64,000 nucleotides of DNA from assembly GCA_951406725.2 (NCBI GenBank), contig OX597814.1:5146001-5210000 (forward strand). Reading direction: 5' to 3'. Under the pieces are notes generated by a model that had not been told where the DNA came from, made no database searches, and saw only the letters and a list, made by a program, of their open reading frames with translations. The position numbers and the translations under genes are program-made. This DNA is from Octopus vulgaris. Taxonomy: Eukaryota. Shown piece after piece: positions 10,701 through 25,700 of this stretch (its first letter is position 1; every line of letters starts with the position of its first letter).

Positions 10701-13700
10701 TGGATCACCATTTGCTAAAATCCATGACAACAACAACAACAACAATACTTAAACCTTTGCAGAGATAAACAAAATCGATTTGGAATTGAATCCAGTTATT
10801 TTCAACAAACTCATTAGAAGAATGAATAAAGAGTGATGAAGTAGAAATTACAGTGACAAATCCCTTAAATGAATATTGAACATAAATCAACAACTTCATC
10901 ATCATCATCAACAACCACAACACTTTACATCCATTTTCCATGATGGAATGAGTTGGACAGGACATTGTTGCCCTAGACAGAGAGGGGAACCATATCTAAA
11001 AAATTTTACTCACCCCGCCTGGCTCCTGTGTCGGTGGCTAGTAAAAAGCACCCACTACACTGTCGGAGTGGTTGGCGTTAGGAAGAGCATCCAGCTGTAG
11101 AAACATTGCCAGATCAGACTGGAGCCTGGTGCAGCTGCCTGGCTTCCCAGTCCCAAGTCAAACCATCCAACCCATGCCAGCATGGAAAATGTATGTTAAG
11201 CAATGATGATTTATATATATATACACACACACACATAAAAAACATAAAAAGCACCATATATATATATACACACACACACACACATAAAAAATGTAAAAAG
11301 CACCATCTGAACATGGCCAGTGCTAGTGCTGCCTAACTGGCTTCCATGCTGGTGACACGTAAAAGCACCCACTACACTCGCGGAGTGGTTGGCGTTAGGA
11401 AGGGCATCTAACTGTAGAAACACTGCCAGATCAGATTGAAACCTGGTGCAGACTCCTGGCTTCCCAGACCCCAGTTGAACCGTCCAACCCATGCCAGCAT
11501 GGAAAACAGATGTTTAAACAATGATGATGATGATGATCCCGTTTTTAATGCTGGGTGCCGTTCCTAACACCATCCGCCATTGCAGGGTGTACAGGGTGCA
11601 TTTTATTCATGGCACCAGCACTAATGAGATAGCCATGTCTTTGGCAAAATTGAAAGCTCCTCTCAACCCAAAGATAAACGACACCCAGCAAGGACTGGCA
11701 CCAACACAGGTGAGGTGGCTGTGTATTCCTAAGCAGCCAGGAGTCCTCATACCTCTATGTTATGTTGTTTCACACAAAATAATATCACTGGGAAGGAGAA
11801 AAGAAAAGGAGGTGAAGACAGAACAAGAACCAGAATGGTGGGTGGTTAATGGTTGCAAGAGGGAGGGAGGGAGGGAGAGGGTGGTGGATAGGGGTGGACA
11901 ACGGTGAGAGTGAAAGAGGGATGTCAATAGTGATAGCAAAGTGACTCAGGAAAGAGGGAGGGAGAGAGAGAGAGAGTGATAGAGAGCAGAAGCTCTATTA
12001 GTATAAGAATTGTTATTGCCATTTCACGCTGAGAGTTGCTGAAGCATGGAACAAACTGTCAGCATCAGTTGTTAATTGTCGGAGCACTACATCCTCAAAA
12101 CTTCCATGGTTTCTGAGATTCGCCAACTCTACACCTGATTTTCTCCCCTCCTTACATACGCAAGCATGTATCTGACTCATATACACTGTTCGCTTCCCAG
12201 ACATTTGTACATTACTGCTTATGCTTTATACGCACTTTCTGCGCAAGTTGTGGTACACCTGAGCACTGTATACAATATTTTCATTATTATTATTATTATA
12301 TCCTCCATGCAATCATTATAAGGGAGCTGACTTGCATACATGTTGTCCATACAGTATCACACCAATGTTTTATAATGCTTAATTCGTTAAAATTATTAAC
12401 ACCTTAAATTAGTTAGCCTCATTTCTGACATTTTCAGTGCCATTAACCAAAATAATACATTTATCAAAACTATAATAATACTTTATCGTAACTTTTAACT
12501 TCTTTTTGTTGTCGTCGTATAACGTCTGCTTTCCATGCTGGCATGGGTTGGACGGTTTGACTGGGGACTGGAAAGCCAGGAGGCTGCATCAGGCTCCAAT
12601 CTGTTCGGGCAAAGTTTCTACATTTATCCTAATGCCAACCACTCCAAGACCATAGTTGGTGCTTTTTTACGTGCCAGTCAGGTGGCACTGGCATCAACCA
12701 TGCTTGAATGGTGCTTTTTACGTGCCGCCGGCACAGGGCCGAGTCGGGTGGCACTGGCATCAACCATGCTTGAATGGTGCTTTTTACGTGCCAGTCAGGT
12801 GGTACTGGCATCAACCATGCTTGAATGGTGTTTTTTACGTGCCGCCGGCACAGGTCCGAGTCGGGTGGCACTGGCATCAACCATGCTTGAATGGTGCTTT
12901 TTACGTGCCGCCGGCACAGGGCCGAGTTGGGTGGCACTGGCATCAACTATGCTTGAATGGTGCTTTTTACGTGCCGCCGGCACAGGGCCGAGTCGGGTGG
13001 CACTGGCATCAACCATGCTTGAATGGTGCTTTTTACGTGCCGCCGGCACAGGGCCGAGTCGGGTGGCACTGGCATCAACCATGCTTGAATGGTGTTTTTT
13101 ACGTGCCGCCGGCACAGGGCCGAGTCGGGTGGCACTGGCAATGATAAAAATAGATGAGTGTTGTGCATGTTTTCTTTTCCCATAACTGTAAACCTACTTT
13201 TGCACGCCATCTAATTGTAAAAGTCAATGTGGAAGTTTCTTTGCAAACATTGCTCTGCTAGAAATAGCAGTCAAATCTCCTACTGTCTTCATCATCATCA
13301 TCGTTTAACGTCCGTTTTCCGTGCTAGCATGGGTTGGACGGTTCGACCGGGGTCTGGGAAGCCAGGGCTGCACCAGGCTCCAGTCTGATCTGGCAGTGTT
13401 TCTACGGCTAGATGCCCTTCCTAACGCCAACCACTCCGCGAGTGTAGTGGGTGCTTTTTACGTGCCACCTGCACAGGTGCCAGGGGTGTCTGGGATCGGC
13501 CACGATCGGTTGGTGCTTTTAACGTGCCACCGGCACGGAAGCCAGCCAAGGTGGCGCTGGCATCGGCCACATTCGGATGGTGCTTTTAACGTGCCACCAG
13601 CACGGAAGCCAGCCAAGGCATAGAAAAGAAAGACACACTAGACAATGTACTCCAAGATATATTATGTCTGAGTGAAAGAAGAGATAGCCACAGATAAAGC

Positions 13701-16700
13701 ATTTGACCACATGTCTGCTAGAATAAGGGATTATGTAAAACCACATTAAATATATTAAATACAAAAGGGGTGCTAAAGTAGGTATACAGTTATGGAAATG
13801 TACAATTCTCTATTATTTTTATCAAAAAACATTAAAAGTTACAACAAAGTATTTTTATAAATTATGATCAATGTATTATCAGGATTAATATATAAAAAAT
13901 GAGGCAAACTTTTCATTTCTTTGATCAAAATGAATGAATACTGTATGTGTTTTTTTTCTTTTTTCGTAACAGGAGTGGCTGTGTGGTAAGTAGCTTGCTT
14001 ACCAACCACATGGTTCAGGGTTCAGTCCCACTGCGTGGCATCTTGAGCAAGTGTCTTCTACTATAGCCTCAGGCCGACCAAAGCCTTGTGAGTGGATTTG
14101 GAAGACGGAAACTGAAAGAAGCCTGTCGTATATATGTGTGTGTGTATATGTTTGTGTGTCTGTGTTTGTCCCCCTAGCATTGCTTGACAACCCATGCTGG
14201 TGTGTTTACGTCCCCGTCACTTAGCGGTTCAGCAAAAGAGACCGATGGAATAAGTACTGGGCTTACAAAGAATAAGTCCTGGGGTCGATTTGCTCGACTA
14301 AAGGCGGTGCTCCAGCATGGCCGCAGTCAAATGACTGAAACAAGTGAAAGAGTATAAAAGAATAAAGAGTGAAATATACTGAACTTACTTTTTCTAGTTG
14401 TGATTTCATCATTTTCCTCTCTTGCTCCAAACGTTTGTTCTGCAATAAGAAACATTTCTGTTTTAGCACTTAGCTCTTTCGTTACCAAATTCCTGCTGAA
14501 ATCCTCTGCCTTTGTTTCAATAAATTTGGAAAATAGCAAAGAATTCAGCAAGTAAACTTCATCGTTATTACTAATCAGGTGTTTGGAACCTCAATTCTGA
14601 TGGAAGGTTTTAATTTCGATTCCTTTAAAACAGGGGTTTTGTATCATAGAAACAAGGGTGGTGGTATGGAAAGGATTTAATTAATTAAATTTAATTAGTT
14701 AGCTGCAGCACCACCAACTCCCCAACCTTCATCATCATCATCATCATCATTTAATGTCCATTGTCCATGCTGGCATGGGTTGGACAATTTGACCAGGGCT
14801 GGCAAGCTGGAAGGCTGCACCAGGCTCCAGTCTGATTTAGCATGGTTTCTACAGCTGGATGCCCTTCCTAATGCCAACCACTCTGAGAGTCTAATGGGTG
14901 CTTTTACATGCCACTGGTATAGGTGCCATTTGTCTGACACTGGAGTGCATTTCTGTGCCACCAGTACGGGTGCCAATTTGCGTGACACCAGTATCTGTCA
15001 TGACTGATTTTGCTTGGCTTGATGGGTCTTCTCAAGCATGACATAATGCCAAAGGTCTTGGTCATTGCCTCCGTGAGGCCCAACACTCAAAAGGAGCTCA
15101 GCCACCTTGCACAAACCAATCCTTTCTCACCCTTTGACCATTCCTTCATCCCTAATGTACAGGTACTACACAGAATAGTTTAACCCTTTCGAAAACCGTA
15201 TTTCTTTTGAGATGCTCTGAGTTTCTTTCAGTTAATTTTAAATATAACTAAGAATGATGATGATGATGAATTTAGTAAAATAACTTTGTTATCATTCAGC
15301 TAGTGTTAGGAACATAAATTGTGACTAAGGTTTGGTGGGAGATTTTCATTCAAAACTTATGAAAACAAGACTTTAGTACTACAGGACCAGAATCGGTTTC
15401 AACCAGGTTGGTATCAAAAGGGTTAAGAATTGTTTCTCTATTATATATTTTAACCCTTTTGTCACCATATTTCTGTTGAGATGCTCTGTGTTTCTTTCAA
15501 TTATTTTGAATATAACAAAGAATTTAGTAAAATAACTTGGTTATCATTAAGCTAGTGTTACGAACATAAATTGTGACTAAGGTTTGGTGGAAGAATTTAA
15601 TTCAGAATTTTTGGAAACAAGACATTTGTACTACAGAACCAGAGGTGATTTCAGGTGGGTTGGTACCAAAAGGGGTTAAAGAAACTGTGGAAGAGAAGAC
15701 TATAGCAACAACAACAACAACAGCTGCCATTGCCACCATTGCTGCTATTGCTATCATCATCATCATCATTATCATCAATGCTAGAAACTATGGAAGTTTT
15801 TGATTATCATCATCATCGTCGTCATTTACTGCCCAATTACCCTGCTGGCATGGGTTGGACAGTTTGACAGGAGTTGGCAAAGCAAGGAACTGCACCAGGT
15901 TCTGTTTGTTCTGTTTCGGCATCGGTTCTACAGCTGGATGCCCTTCCTAACACCAACCACTCTACAGAGTGTCCTGGGTGCTTTATGAATGGCACCAGCA
16001 TGGGAGAGGCTGATGCATTTTTCAGTTTAGTCTTAGCTTTAGTCATTTGGATTGTGGCCATGCTGGGGCACCACCTTGGAGTTGCAGTCAGTGTTGTCAG
16101 CTTAACAGTTGAAGAGAGACTCAATTTTAATATATCAATCTGTTATATAGAGAATATGACAGAATGGACAGGATGTCAAAATAGAAGCAGGAAGTTGGAC
16201 TGTTTTTAAATATGAGAACTAATTGAGAAATTCTTGAAAATGGAATCAGGCAAACCTACCCAATATTCTTTTTCTTTTTTCAGTTGAAACCTCAGCTCTT
16301 TGATCTCTTCTTCAAGTGCAATGTCTCTGCTATTAAAATAAATCACAATTTCATAACAAGATTGAAATAAACTACAATATTATTATATTTATACAGACTC
16401 CATCATCATTATCATCATCATTTAGTGTCCATTATCCATGCTGGTATGGGTTGGATGGTTTGACCAGGGCTGGAAAGCTGGCAGAAACGTTAGCACGCCG
16501 GGCGAAATGCTTAGCGGTATTTCGTCTGCGTTACGTTGTGAGTTCAAATTCTGCCGAGGTCGACTTTGCCTTTCATCCTTTCGGGGTCGATAAATTAAGT
16601 ACCAGTTACGCACTGGGGTCGATGTAATCAACTTAATACCTATGTCTGTCCTTGTTTGTCCCCTCTGTGTTTAACCCCTTGTGGGTAATAAAGAAATAGG

Positions 16701-19700
16701 TTTGACCAGGGCTGGAAAGCTGGGAAGCTGCACCAGACTCCAGTCTGGTCTGGCAGTGTTTCTACAACTGGATGCCCTTCCTAACGCCAACCACTTTACA
16801 GAGAGTGGTGGGCGCTTTCACATGGATCAAAATATTATTGTAAAAAATCAAACAATGACTTGTAATAAAATGGTTTGTTTTGTCAAACTTGCAACCAAAT
16901 AACAATTCCTGCAGGTATGACTGAACATCTTCCCATGTATAGGCTGCAGGATTAACCACAATTGCAAACAACAGTCTCATTTAATAGTTTGGTTCTTTAA
17001 GACAACTTCAATCTACCAAACTATGTCTCACTGTATCACAGGCACAATTCATCATCATCATCATCGTTAGTGTCCGCTTTCCATGCTAGCATGGGTTGGA
17101 CGGTTCGACCGGGATCTGGGAAGCCAGAAGGCTGCACCAGGCCCAGTCTGATCTGGCAGTGCTTCTACGGCTGGATGCCCTTCCTAACGCCAACCACTCC
17201 GTGAGTGTAGTGGGTGCTTTTTACGTGCCACCGGTGCCAGACGAGTCTGGCAAACGGCCACGATCGGATGGTGCTTTTTATGTGCCACCGGCATGGATGG
17301 TGCTTTTTACGTGCCAGACGAGTCTGGCAAACGGCCACGATCGGATGGTGCTTTTTACGTGACACCGGCACGGGGGCCAAGCGAGGCTGGCAACGGCCAC
17401 GAACGGATGGTGCTTTTTACGTGCCACAGGCACGGGGGCCAGGCGAGGCTGGCAAATGGTGAATAAAGGCTTTCAGGAAGCTGTCTGGCAGAAAACACCC
17501 GTGAGTAGTATGACAGGAATCTGCAACACATCATGGACAAATAGACTGTGTTGTGATGAGATACACAGGTTGTGTGTGTGTGTGAGATATATATATATAT
17601 ATGAAGAGGACATTGGCCAGTGGATGTGGTAGGTCAAAGTTGAGAGGATGGTAGGAGAATGAAGTCTGAGTACAATTGTAAGGATTAATGGTGCGTTAGG
17701 ACAGGAAGTCTTATTTGCAGACCAAATATCACATAGAGACATCTCTGGTCTTTAGACAGAAACACCATCCTGCTGACGATGCTGGGCAATTTATTCCAGT
17801 TTTCTTCACATTGGACAGAATCGATTCTGTAACAAATCTAGTTACAAACTAAGACACCCTTCAATTAAAAAAACTACTCTCACTCTTTTACTCTTTTACT
17901 GGTTTCAGTCATTTGACTGCGGCCATGCTGGAGCACTGCCTTTAGTCGAGCAAATCGACCCTGGGACTTATTCTTTGTAAGCCCAGTACTTATTCTATCG
18001 GTCTCTTTTGCCGAACCGCTAAGTAATGGGGACGTAAACACACCAGCATTGGTTGTCAAGCAATGCTAGGGGGACAAACACAGACACACAAACATATACA
18101 CACACACTTATATCATCATCATCATCATCATCGTTTAACGTCCATTTTCCGCGCTAGCACGGGTTGGACGGTTCGACCGGGGTCTGGGAAGCCAGGGGCT
18201 GCACCAGGCTCTAGTCTGATCTGGCAGTGTTTCTACAGCTGGATGCCCTTCCTAACGCCAACCACTCCGTGAGTGTAGTGGGTGCTTTTTACGTGCCACC
18301 TGCACAGGTGCCAGGGGGGTTTGGCATCGGCCACGATCGGTTGGTGCTTTTAACGTGCCACCGGCACAGAAGCATATATATATGTATGTATGTATGTATT
18401 TGTTCCCACCATTGCTTGACAACCAATGCTAATGTGTTTATGCCCCCATAACTTAGTGGTTTGGCAAAGGAGACCGATAAAGTACAATGCTTAGAACGAA
18501 AATGTCCTGGGATCGATATATACATATATACGCCGGGCTTCTTTTCAGTTTCCATCTACCAAATCCACTCACAAGGCATTGGTCGGCTCGAGGCTATAGC
18601 AGAAGACACTTGCCCAAGATGCCACGCAGTGGGACTGAACCCGCAACCATGTAGTTGGTAAACAAGCCACTTACCACACAGCCACTCCTGCGCCTACTTT
18701 TATTTCAAATATGAAATAATGGCATCATTTAAGTTGTCGGGTGTTACAAGAGAAGAAGATTGAAATATGCAGGAATTACATAATTCTTCAGAAAGTAGAC
18801 TTCCTTGGCAACTGAATAGCTTCACCACCCAACACAGAAGTAATGAAAGCCACAACATGATGCTGTATTAAGCGAAACATTAATGGTGACTTAATGGTGA
18901 ATATTATGAAGAAATACTCACTGCTTTGATTCGGTTGTCATCTTTAATGATTCAACTGTTTCTGTCGATTCCTGTTGTGGAATTAAAAAAAAAAATAATA
19001 CAAAATCAACCAGAAATATTGATATGAAGTAGACGACTGATCTAACAACAATACTGAATGCCATGTCAAGATGAACGAAACATCCACAGAAATTAGAGAA
19101 CAACATTGAATGTAATATATGTAGCATGGCAACAATACCAGCATCCATTTACAGCATGAGACACAGGCATCCATCTACAACATGTGGTACAGACATCCAT
19201 CTACAACATGAGGTACAGGCATACATCTACAACATGAGGTACAGGCATACATCTACAACATGAGGTACAGGCATCCATCTACAACATGAGGTACAGGCAT
19301 CCATATACAATATGAGGTACAGGCATCCATATACAATATGAGGTACAGACATCCATCTACAACATGAGGTACAGGCATCCATCTACAACATGTGGTACAG
19401 ACATCCATCTACAACATGAGACACAGGCATCCATCTACATGTGGTACAGACATCCATCTACAACATGAGGTACAGACATCCATCTACAACATGAGGTACA
19501 GGCATCCATCTACATGTGGTACAGACATCAATCTACAACATGAGGTACAGACATCCATCTACAACACGAGGTACAGACATCCATCTACAACACGAGGTAC
19601 AGACATCCATCTACAACACGAGGTACAGACATCCATCTACAACATGTGGTACAGACATCCATCTACAACATGAGACACAGGCATCCATCTACATGTGGTA

Positions 19701-22700
19701 CAGACATCCATCTACAACATGAGGTACAGACATCCATCTACAACATGAGGTACAGGCATCCATCTACATGTGGTACAGACATCAATCTACAATATGAGGT
19801 ACAGGCATCCATCTACATGTGGTACAGACATCCATCTACAACATGAGGTACAGACATCCATCTACAACACGAGGTACAGACATCCATCTACAACATGAGG
19901 TACAGGCATCCATCTACATGTGGTACAGACATCAATCTACAATATGAGGTACAGGCATCCATCTACATGTGGTACAGACATCCATCTACAACATGAGGTA
20001 CAGACATCCATCTACAACACGAGGTACAGACATCCATCTACAACATGAGGTACAGGCATCCATCTACATGTGGTACAGACATCAATCTACAATATGAGGT
20101 ACAGGCATCCATCTACATGTGGTACAGACATCCATCTACAACATGAGGTACAGACATCCATCTACAACATGTGGTACAGACATCCATCTACAACACGAGG
20201 TGGAGTAGTTAAGAAATTCAATTCCCAGCCACATAGTTCTGAATTCAGTCCCACTGTCCAGCACCTTGGGCAAGTGTCTTCTGCTATAGTCCTGGGCAAA
20301 CTAAAGCCTTCTGAATGGACTTGGTAGATGGGAAACCATACTTGATTGGTCCCCGTGCCAGTGGCACATAAAAAGCACCAACTGAACGTGGCTGATGCCA
20401 GTACCCCCTGATTGGTCCCCGTGCCAGTGGCACATAAAAAGCACCAACTGAACGTGGCTGATGCCAGTACCCCCTGATTGGTCCCCGTGCCAGTGGCACA
20501 TAAAAAGCACCAACTGAATGTGGATGATGCCAGTACCCCCTGATTGGTCCCCGTGCCAGTGGCACATAAAAAGCACCAACTGAACGTGGCTGATGCCAGT
20601 ACCCCCTGATTGGTCCCCGTGCCAGTGGCACATAAAAAGCACCAACTGAACGTGGCTGATGCCAGTACCCCCTGATTGGTCCCCGTGCCAGTGGCACATA
20701 AAAAGCATCATCCAAAAATGATCGATGCTAGGGCTGGCTGACTCCTGTGCCGGTGGCACATAGAAAGTACCCAGTCCACTTTGTAAAGGGGTTGGCATTT
20801 GGAAGGGCATCTAGCCGTAGAACCCATGCCAAAATAGACACTGGAGCCTGGTGTGACCCCTGGCCTTGCCAGCTCCTGTCAAACCGTCCAACTTATGCCA
20901 GCATGGAAAACGGGCGTTAAATGATTATGATGATGATGATGTTCTCTGTTTGTAAGGGTTAGGCAAATATTTTATTGAGACATTGTTTCACAGCCAGAAA
21001 CCCCTCCAGGCACCAAAGCTTACTGTTTTACTAGCAGGGGGTCCTTTTCTTTAAATGTCTTCAAAGGTGTGAAGTGAGTGGATGACACACAGACAGGAGA
21101 ACTGACAACAACAACAACAACAACAATAACAATGGTTCACAGTGATTCCTCAGTATTTATGGCAGTGAGCTGGCAGACTCGATAGCATGATGGGCGAAAT
21201 GCTTTGCAGTATTTTGTCTGCCATTATGTCTTGAGTTCAAATTCCAACGAGGTCGACTTTGCCTTTCATCCTTTTGGGGTCAATTAAATAAGTACCAGTT
21301 ATGCACTGGGGTCGATGTAATTGACTTAAACCCTTTGTCTGTCCTTGTTTGTCCCCTCTATGTTTAGTCCCTTGTGGGTAATAAAGAAATAGGTTATCCC
21401 CTTTATGTTTTAGCCTCCTGTGGGCAATAAAGAAATATATATTTGTAGAGCGCAAATGCAATCAAACACACACACAGACCAATACAGCTACCTATACACA
21501 CATACATACACTATGAGCTTCTTTTGTTTCCATTCTACCAAATTCACTTACAAGGCTTTGGTCAGTCTGGGCTCATCTATAAGACACTTGACTAAGGTAT
21601 TGAAGCTGAGACCATGTGGTTAGGAAGTGAGCTATCTTGACCACACAGCTATGCTTGTGCCAATATGACATAAATACATTACAACATAGTTTTAGTGACC
21701 TGAAGTAAAGAGGAAGGTGTGTCGTAGGAAGGAGAGAGGATTCAGGTGTGATAACAGACAAACAGAATACTGCAGACCCACCTGACTCATTGCAGGACAC
21801 AAAACAGGGTAACGATAACGATGAAACGGATTGCTTGGTGAAACTTTGTTAATTATTAAATCAACTGTTCAGATATACATATAAGATATATATATATATA
21901 TATATATACAGGCATGACAGAAGTAAATAGACACCCTTATACGCATTAAAATTAATTTAAATCTGAAATTATACATTCAAATCATTTGTTAATTATTATA
22001 ATGTGAATATTTTTCAATGCAAGGTCCCCTATTAGGCATGTTACTGATCAGATGATGAATATTCTCTCGAGGAATTTCTTGCCAAGTTCCAAACAGTAAT
22101 CTCAAAAGATCTGGCTTTGAAGATGCTTTCCTGTTCTTTCTATGAAGTGTCCTGTCCAATATGTCCCAGAAGTGTCCAATACGGTTCATATCTGGTGACT
22201 GGCTTGGCCATCGAAGCTTTTTAATGCCATTCTCCTCCAACAAATCTTGGGTCATTTTAGCCATGTGATAAGGAGCCCCATCTTCCATAATTAAAGAGTC
22301 TTCTTTAATCATTTCACCAGTGGAGAATATTGGAAGGGGCCCTTTCTGCAATATGGACACATATTTATCTGAGTTTATGTTTCTCTCACACGCCACCAGT
22401 TCTAATCAACCATTGGTCTAAATTGCTTCCCAGACCATCACAGAATTAGCTGCCATGTTTCATTGTTGGCTGCAATCTTTTCACATCAAATTCTTGATCA
22501 CAGAGTCTCCAGACCCACTCTTGACCACTGTCAGGAAATATAGCCAATCTGGACTCATCAGAGAATATGACAGTGTCCCAAAATGCTAGTGACCTCTCCA
22601 CCATCTCACTAGCCCAATCTTTTCTCCACTTGATGTTGGCTGGTCAAAGAAGTGGCTTCCTTCTTGCTGCTCTGCCATAGTAGCCAAGTTTGTGGAGATT

Positions 22701-25700
22701 CCTGACAGCTTTTCCGGGACTGACATCAACTTGTTCTGCTATGTCAGAGGTCTTGCAACAAGGATTATCCTCCACACTTCTCTTAGCAAAGAGAAGGATC
22801 CTGTCAGAGGGCCCTGGCTGATCTGGGTGAGATAATGTGGGTTTCTTCACCTCTCTGGTGAATTGCTCAGTCATTCTATTAACTGTAGAAAGTAGGATTC
22901 CAAGATTTTACACTGACTATGTCCACCTTCAGAATTACCCATAATATGGCCTCTTTGAAATTCAGACATTTCCAAGGCTTCTTTTGTACATGGCATGATT
23001 AAGCAGTCATATATAGAACCTAAAACATAAAAATGTTAGTTAATAATAAAAGATATAAACGTTTACAACTTAGAATAAACAAAAAAAAAACGATGCTTTA
23101 TAGGGTGTCTGTTTACTTCTGTCATGTTTGAGTATACACACACATGCATGCACACATACACACACATTATTTGTTGGTGAACAAGGCAACCAATGGTTTC
23201 ATGCGAAGATATCTTCACAATTGTTTAATTCTGCCACATGGAAGTATCAGTACTCGTCTCCATCTCTTCGCATGAAACCACTGGTTGCCGTCTTTTCTCA
23301 CAAATAAAGAATATTTATTCACCAAAGCAATGTTGCACTCATTCTTACTGTTTCATATTAATGTATATATATATATATATGTATGTATGGTCTACCTGAA
23401 GTTTCTCTTCCTCTCTTACTGTACTGACATTTGTATTAGGATGAGCCTGCAAAGAAAGGGGTTTAAATCGAGAGGTAAATGAAATTTCTTTTATCATAGC
23501 ACAAGTTTGCAAGTTTAAAATATGAGAGTCTAGGAAGGCAAAGGATAATAATATAATGTGAAATGATGAAAGGGAAAACCTGTAAATTACATCAGACGGA
23601 TCTTGCTTCGTCTGAAGCAGTAGTAAACCATAATCAGAAAACGGTCTGGCAACTGGCAGAAACATGTGCAGGGTTGCCAAGAGAATACAACTTCTTTATA
23701 CAAGAACACAACATTGGTGCCAATTCTGCTGAATGGTCATTTGTCTTACCGTATAGAAAACATGACACCGTCCCTTGCAAACAGAAAGGAACTTTATAAC
23801 TGACACACACAATTTATTTCAGGTAGATTTTCTATTATCTTCCTATTGCCAACTCTCACCTTTTTCCCAATTAAGGTAATATTTTTTCTTGATCCTTCAA
23901 ACAAACGGTTCCATATGAAAGAAAGCTCGGTGCACAAATGTCAAGACAAGGGGCAAGACAAAATCACTCATGCACGTACACGTGTGTGTGCCATCATCAT
24001 CATCATCACCATCATCACCATTTAACATCTGTCTTCCCTCCTAACATGATCCAAAGAGCCAGAGAACTGCATTGAACTCCAGTGTTTCTTTTGGCTTGGT
24101 TTCTAGGGCTGGATGCCCTCCCTGATGCCAATCACATTACACTAGCACTACAAAAGTCACCAGGTAACGAATCCTAACATACCTGAAGATTCTTCTTTGA
24201 CAAGGCCAGCTCCGACAGAGCACTGGAGCCATGTAAAATGAAGTGTTTTACTCCAGCACAACAATATGTCAGCCCTCACCTGGGAACTGAACTCATGATC
24301 TGGTGATTACCATGAGTGCAACATTCCAGCCACTACACCACACGCCTTCACAATATATAGAGAGATGTCAAAATGCAAAAGCCTTACCAAGTGTTCGTCT
24401 AAAAGTCGTTGCATCATGGCACTCTTGTGTTTTTCATGTTCTAATTTCCCCTGGAGTTGAGCATCTTTGATTTGAAGGTCATGGATGAGCGACTCCTTGT
24501 CATCCTGGTTTACAAAGCAACAACAACAACAACAGGGTCATATTAATGTAATTAAGGTTTTCTAATTGAGGTAGTAGGGAATAACGGCATCAAACACCTG
24601 GCCACTCTGTTCGATATTGACAGGGATCAGTGTGAAGCTGTATAGAGTAAGGGATCAGTGTGAAGCTGTATAGAGTAGGGATCAGTGTGAAGCTGTATAG
24701 AGTAAGGGATCAGTGTGAAGCTGTATAGAGTAAGGGATCAGTGTGAAGCTGTATAGAGTAAGGGATCAGTGTGAAGCTGTATAGAGTAAGGGATCAATGT
24801 GAAGCTGTATAGAGTAAGGGATCAGTGTGAAGCTGTATAGAGTAAGGGATCAGTGTGAAGCTGTATAGAGTAAGGGATCAGTGTGAAGCTGTATAGAGTA
24901 AGGGATCAGTGTGAAGCTGTATAGAGTAAGAAACTTTATAAGTACAGGTTACACACACACACAGATGTATCTTCATCTGGAAACTCTGCCAGAGGAGATG
25001 TGAGGGACTAACGCAGTCCTCCAGTTTATTGGCTCCTGTCAAACCATCCAAGCCAAGAAAAGATGATGATGAAATGGAGATGAAGTGAGAACATGACTCC
25101 AGGGACAGTCAGCTACATCTCATCCTAAAACATATCATCATCGTCATCTTTTAACGTCTGCTTTCCATACCGGCATGGGCCAGATGGTTTGATTGAAAAC
25201 TGGTAAGTCGGGTTCCAATTTGATTTGGCAAGGTTTTTACAGCTGGATGCCCTTCCTAATGCCAGCCATTCCAAAAATTGATTGATTGCTTTTTACGTGC
25301 CACTGGCGCGGGTGTCATTGGCCTGACACTGACATCGGCCATAGTTACAATCTCACAAAGGTTGACAGGTCAATGCAAGCAGGGTATATTGCCAAGGGTG
25401 TTGGTCACCTGTCAGTGCCTCCATGAGACCCAATGCTTGATGGTGCCTTTTACGAGCCACCAGCATGGGTGCCAGTCAGACAGCACTGGCATCAGCCACG
25501 GCTATGATTTCCCTCAGTTCAACAGGTCTTCACAAGCACAGCATAACACCCAACGACTGAAGGGTGCTTTCAAAGGGTCCAGCTACGTGGCACTGGCATT
25601 GGCCACAACTACAACCTCACTCAGCTTGACATCACTGTCTACACATCTATAGAACATGCCAGAGACTATACATTCCTTGACCAATCGGTTCCCTTCGTTC

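Noticed and set aside
12535-13210. Long repetitive ORFs such as ([22 protein letters not shown])n
   Set aside because: Translation of a 66-bp tandem array in a LINE 3' UTR; open in several frames and on both strands
24622-24930. CRISPR-like regular repeats (also 19153-20200, 33275-33453, 43980-44337)
   Set aside because: Head-to-tail units with no unique spacers, no cas genes, eukaryotic intron context
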